Positions 34,669-37,911 of a stretch of DNA of 37,911 nucleotides are shown in pieces. The stretch's first letter is position 1. Each line of letters opens with the position of its first letter. The notes under the pieces are model-generated. The model had not been told where the DNA came from. It saw nothing but the letters and a program-made list of their open reading frames with translations, and did not search any database. Origin of the DNA: Candidatus Cloacimonadota bacterium (GTDB taxonomy: Bacteria > Cloacimonadota > Cloacimonadia > JGIOTU-2); NCBI GenBank assembly GCA_030628975.1, contig DAOVPZ010000001.1, forward strand, positions 1 to 37,911. Direction: 5' to 3'. The position numbers and the translations under genes were made by a program.

Positions 34669-36249
34669 TTAACTTTCAAGAATCTTATCTACTTCATCTC
34701 TGTCAACATCCATTATATAAGTAATTTTACTTATTTCATTGGCTTCTTTTGTGATTGTAGTAATATCATCACGAGTAAGATGTTTTAGCGCAAATTTACG
34801 ACTTCCACACATCAACTGACGCATACCCTGAGCCAAACGATGGTAGTAAGTGTAAACACCGATTGCTCCAGTTGGGATATTATTAAATTTATCACCATAT
34901 TTTTCTTCCAATTCAGGTGCAGTTACAAATATTTCATGTTTAGTTACACCAAAGCGTTCAATATAAACTGGAACCTGTTCTTCATCGATTTTCTTGCCGA
35001 TTGTCTTGCCAACCATAGCAGCAGCGAGAGGTGCTCTTGCCATACCAATCAGTTTAACAAAAGGAGCTCCAAGAGCAAGACCTTTATAAATTTGGTCTTC
35101 AAATGTGAATCCACCGGCAAATGCTAAATCAGGAACAAACTTACCTTTTTTATCCAATCTACAGGCATATTCATAAGACAATGAATGTATTTCAACACAT
35201 GGTACACCCCATTCGTTCATCATTCTCCAGGGACTCATTCCTGTTCCGCCACCAGCACCATCAATGGTTAATAGATCAATTTCTGCTTCTGATGCGAATT
35301 TAATAGCCCTGGCAAGGTCAGCTGGTCTGTATGCTCCTGTTTTCAAGAATATTCTCTTTGCTCCTAATTTACGTAATTCTTCAACTCTTTTCAGGAAACC
35401 ATCTCTGGTGACCATTCCAATGCGTGAATGACGCTCAAATTCTTTGAAAGCACCTTTTTTAAATGCTTCAATAATTTTTGGATCAGTTGGATTGGGAAGA
35501 ACAACATACCCTCTTTTGTAGAGAAGTTGAGCTTTTTCAAGGTCTTTGATCTTAACTTCACCACCAATATCTTTTGCACCCTGTCCCCATTTTAGCTCAA
35601 CTGTAGTAACTCCAAGTTTTGATAATCCAAATTCCTGAACTCCAAGTTTTGTATCCTCAACATTTGCTTGAAGAATGATGTCTCCGTAGTCTTCCTGTTG
35701 CCATTCGCGAAATAGTTTAATTCTCCATTCCAGATCCGGTGCTTTAATAATTTTCTTATTATCGAATTCAGATTCCACATCCATACCAACAACATTTTCT
35801 CCGATAGTAAGTGCTGTTCCTGAAATTGCAGAACCAATGGCAATGCCAGGCCAATTATTCTTTGCAATATTTGTTGAGCCAAGTCCCGGGATGATAAAAG
35901 GCAGTTTGAATTTCATTTTGTTCTTTGTACCAATAGAAGTTTCTAAATCTACATTTGGAAAGATTGCTTTATTACTATCTGCTTCTATTCCTACTGCACC
36001 AACTGCAGTTCCAAGAATATTAAAGTGAGAGTAATCCACAGGATAGTCCTTTTCAGCTGCAGTAGTAATTATGCCAAAAGGTTGGGGGTAGATTACTTCA
36101 TGCCCGCGATATGCGGATTTCCCAATTTCACACATACCAATACATCCATCAACACAGGTAACACACATCCCGCTGAATGGACTTACAGAACCTTCAGTCC
36201 TGTTTTTTGTTAAAGTTGCTGCTGTAGCATTTAATCTTGTTAAACTCAT
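34669..36249 (-). CDS. Glutamate synthase family FMN-binding domain protein (GltB domain-2-like)
   Basis: N-terminal Cys cluster CVTCVDGCIGMCEIG. LLTIDGAGGGTGMSPWRMMNEWGVP is the hallmark GGTG(A/M)SP block. An AGGAG RBS precedes the ATG. Confidence 0.8.
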   Translation of the reverse strand: MSLTRLNATAATLTKNRTEGSVSPFSGMCVTCVDGCIGMCEIGKSAYRGHEVIYPQPFGIITTAAEKDYPVDYSHFNILGTAVGAVGIEADSNKAIFPNVDLETSIGTKNKMKFKLPFIIPGLGSTNIAKNNWPGIAIGSAISGTALTIGENVVGMDVESEFDNKKIIKAPDLEWRIKLFREWQQEDYGDIILQANVEDTKLGVQEFGLSKLGVTTVELKWGQGAKDIGGEVKIKDLEKAQLLYKRGYVVLPNPTDPKIIEAFKKGAFKEFERHSRIGMVTRDGFLKRVEELRKLGAKRIFLKTGAYRPADLARAIKFASEAEIDLLTIDGAGGGTGMSPWRMMNEWGVPCVEIHSLSYEYACRLDKKGKFVPDLAFAGGFTFEDQIYKGLALGAPFVKLIGMARAPLAAAMVGKTIGKKIDEEQVPVYIERFGVTKHEIFVTAPELEEKYGDKFNNIPTGAIGVYTYYHRLAQGMRQLMCGSRKFALKHLTRDDITTITKEANEISKITYIMDVDRDEVDKILES

Positions 36250-36280
36250 TTTATTCTCCTTTTTTCTTTATTTTTTATTT

Positions 36281-36508
36281 TAGCCACAAAGGCACTAAGT
36301 TAAAGAATATATTTTTCCCGTGAAATTTAATACATCCTTTAATCCATCTTATCTTTACCTTTTCTTAATAAATAACTCCAACTTCGTGTCCTGGTGTCTT
36401 TGTGGCGGACAAATCCAAACCACAAAGGCTTCCCGATACAGTTTACCCCGTTGGATTTTTTTATCCAACTGGGGTCATACTTCCCTACGGGGCAGGCAAA
36501 GGCACTAA
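36281..36508. repeat. Intergenic repeat family GCCACAAAGGCAC(TAAG) and its complement, in alternating orientation
   Basis: tagccacaaaggcactaag (36281-36299) faces cttcgtgtcctggtgtctttgtggc (36382-36406). Further units are aaaccacaaaggc (36417-36429) and gcaggcaaaggcactaag (36491-36508). Confidence 0.75.
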
Positions 36509-36794
36509 GTTTAAAGAACTAAAATTGATCGATTCTCGTTCCCACGATAGCCATGCGGCATCGCATGGAAACCTTTTTGGGAACGCAATAAAACAACTAT
36601 TTTGAATAAAACACCAAAAAGTGAAACAGGGTTTCCCATCAAATTGCGTTACTAATCTGGGGATTAGTAACGAGAAGGAATTAACCTTTCCGAAACTTAT
36701 CCTCAAAAATTTCTTCGTAAGAATCCGTCTGAGCCGGACATAATTTCGGAAAGTTCTTAATAAAGGTTTATACTTCATTCCTCTCCTTTGTGTC

Positions 36795-37499
36795 TTAGTG
36801 TTTTCGTGGCAGATTTTTCGGTTTTTCTCTAATGCAAGTCCCACAGTCACCCTTAAGGCCTTCATAGCACATATAATCATCATAATATTCCAAACAGGTT
36901 GGTTGAAGGATATTCAAACAACCACCACATACCAGATTTTCGGGATTTGGACCGTCACACCTGAGCTGGCAGGCTGGACAGATATACATACAGGCACCAC
37001 ATAAGCGACAAACATCAGACCTTCTATCAAAAGGTGTTGTAATTTTCAGCTTTCCACCTCTTTCCACAAATCCTATAGCTTTGGCACCCATCTGTTCTTC
37101 ACACATTCTTACGCATAATCCGCAGTATATACAGTCCTCCCAATCCGGTTTGAATCTAACTTTCTGAACACCAAATTTTGCAGCCAGATCCTGAATTGTT
37201 TTTGAAGTTGGACAGGAAGCAATCAGAAGCTCAATCAACACCTTTCTTGCCCGAACTACTCTTCTTGAAGCAGTTCGGATATTAAGTCCTTCCTCAACAA
37301 GATAGGTACAAGATGAGACAAGTCTTGTATTGTCATCCTTTCCAATTTCCACTACACAAAGTCGGCAACCACCCCAAGCAGTAAGTCCTTCATTATAACA
37401 TAGAGTAGGTATTTCCAATCCCAAGAATTTAGCTGCTTCCAGAATTGTCCACCCTTCTGGTGCTTCAAAATCTATACCATCGACTTTTATGTTTGGCAT
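36795..37499 (-). CDS. 2Fe-2S / 4Fe-4S ferredoxin-type electron-transfer protein (NuoG / HydA N-terminal-like)
   Basis: MPNIKVDGIDFEAPEGWTILEAAKFLGLEIPTLCYNEGLTAWGGCRLCVVEI (2Fe-2S); CIYCGLCVRMC and CRLCGACMYICPA (4Fe-4S). I prefer the ATG at 37499, which is preceded by GAGG, over the listed start at 37535, which lies inside a repeat unit. Confidence 0.8.
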   Translation of the reverse strand: MPNIKVDGIDFEAPEGWTILEAAKFLGLEIPTLCYNEGLTAWGGCRLCVVEIGKDDNTRLVSSCTYLVEEGLNIRTASRRVVRARKVLIELLIASCPTSKTIQDLAAKFGVQKVRFKPDWEDCIYCGLCVRMCEEQMGAKAIGFVERGGKLKITTPFDRRSDVCRLCGACMYICPACQLRCDGPNPENLVCGGCLNILQPTCLEYYDDYMCYEGLKGDCGTCIREKPKNLPRKH

Positions 37500-37520
37500 T
37501 TTACCTCGCTTTTTCTTTTT

Positions 37521-37785
37521 TAGCCACAAAGGCACAAAGGCACTAAGACTATAATAATTTTTAATTTTAATAAAACTCTAAAACTCATATTCCTTCTTCG
37601 TGTCTTGGTGTCTTCGTGGCAGACAAATCTAAACCACCAAGGCTCAAAGACACTAAGTATAAAATAATTTGTTTTCCTAATCTACTTAATTTTGTATAAT
37701 AAACTGAATTCATTTTTAGAATCCATCCTTTTTTAAAATTCTATTTAGAAATAATTTCTTCTTCGTGCCTTCGTGTCTTTGTGGT
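37521..37785. repeat. Two inverted pairs of the GCCACAAAGGCAC / GTGYCTTYGTGGC repeat family
   Basis: tagccacaaaggcacaaaggcactaag (37521-37547) faces cttcttcgtgtcttggtgtcttcgtggc (37594-37620). aaaccaccaaggctcaaagacactaag (37631-37657) faces cttcttcgtgccttcgtgtctttgtgg (37758-37785). Confidence 0.75.
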
Positions 37786-37911
37786 TAGAAATTATTTACA
37801 TATGAAACAATAATATCCTGTCATATTTTTATGACATATATCTTTGATGTGTAATGTTTTTATGACAAAATTTCATCTTAAAAATATATGAAAATTACTA
37901 AAAAATACTTA

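Noticed and set aside
36485-36883. Listed 132-aa minus-strand ORF (with an internal Met preceded by an AAGGAG-like sequence)
   Set aside because: It overlaps the 3' end of the Fe-S gene and runs through repeat units and perfect hairpins. The product is highly basic, Cys/Phe-rich and motif-free, so it is probably non-coding.

Overview
This is a very AT-rich bacterial chromosomal window. The proteins are rich in K, N and I, and a sigma54-type activator is present. I cannot assign a taxon from sequence alone.

Layout:
(1) 1-2200: the 3' part of clpX; a tRNA-Asn(GUU) gene split by a group I intron that carries a frameshifted HNH ORF; a small GIY-YIG ORF; and a GC-rich tRNA-like element. The last two are bracketed by a duplication of the tRNA 3' end plus its terminator.
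(2) 2214-8141: a stand-alone receiver followed by a livH-livM-livG-livF-binding-protein ABC transporter operon. The operon is interrupted twice by 'four helix bundle' (23S rRNA IVS-type) ORF cassettes flanked by inverted arrays of short degenerate tandem repeats.
(3) 8110-30792: an accessory-looking region with no recognisable integrase or transposase, holding three uncharacterised modules.
- Module A (8110-14602, +): a SAM-methyltransferase-like ORF, a ~1170-aa histidine-kinase-like GHKL ATPase split by a homopolymer frameshift, and two orphan ORFs. It ends in a truncated receiver-domain remnant, followed by an AlbA_2/HATPase_c_4 gene and a GC-rich structured element.
- Module B (16468-21582, +): a REC-sigma54 AAA+ activator, a 151-aa orphan, a 956-aa REC-adenosine-deaminase fusion and a membrane-anchored OB-fold protein.
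- Module C (21930-30792, -): a secreted/membrane vWA protein, a 1038-aa tubulin/FtsZ-superfamily protein, a 603-aa membrane protein and an 861-aa SF2-helicase-like / DUF1998-type Cys cluster / HExxH fusion. A decayed ITPase (HAM1/RdgB) remnant follows it.
(4) 31001-37535: Fe-S/flavin redox genes separated by repeat-rich intergenic DNA.

My top candidate for an undescribed system is module B, a receiver-gated adenosine deaminase with an AAA+ partner, possibly fed by the kinase-like module A. Module C is an independent second candidate.

All domain calls come from motif recognition by eye; no searches were run.
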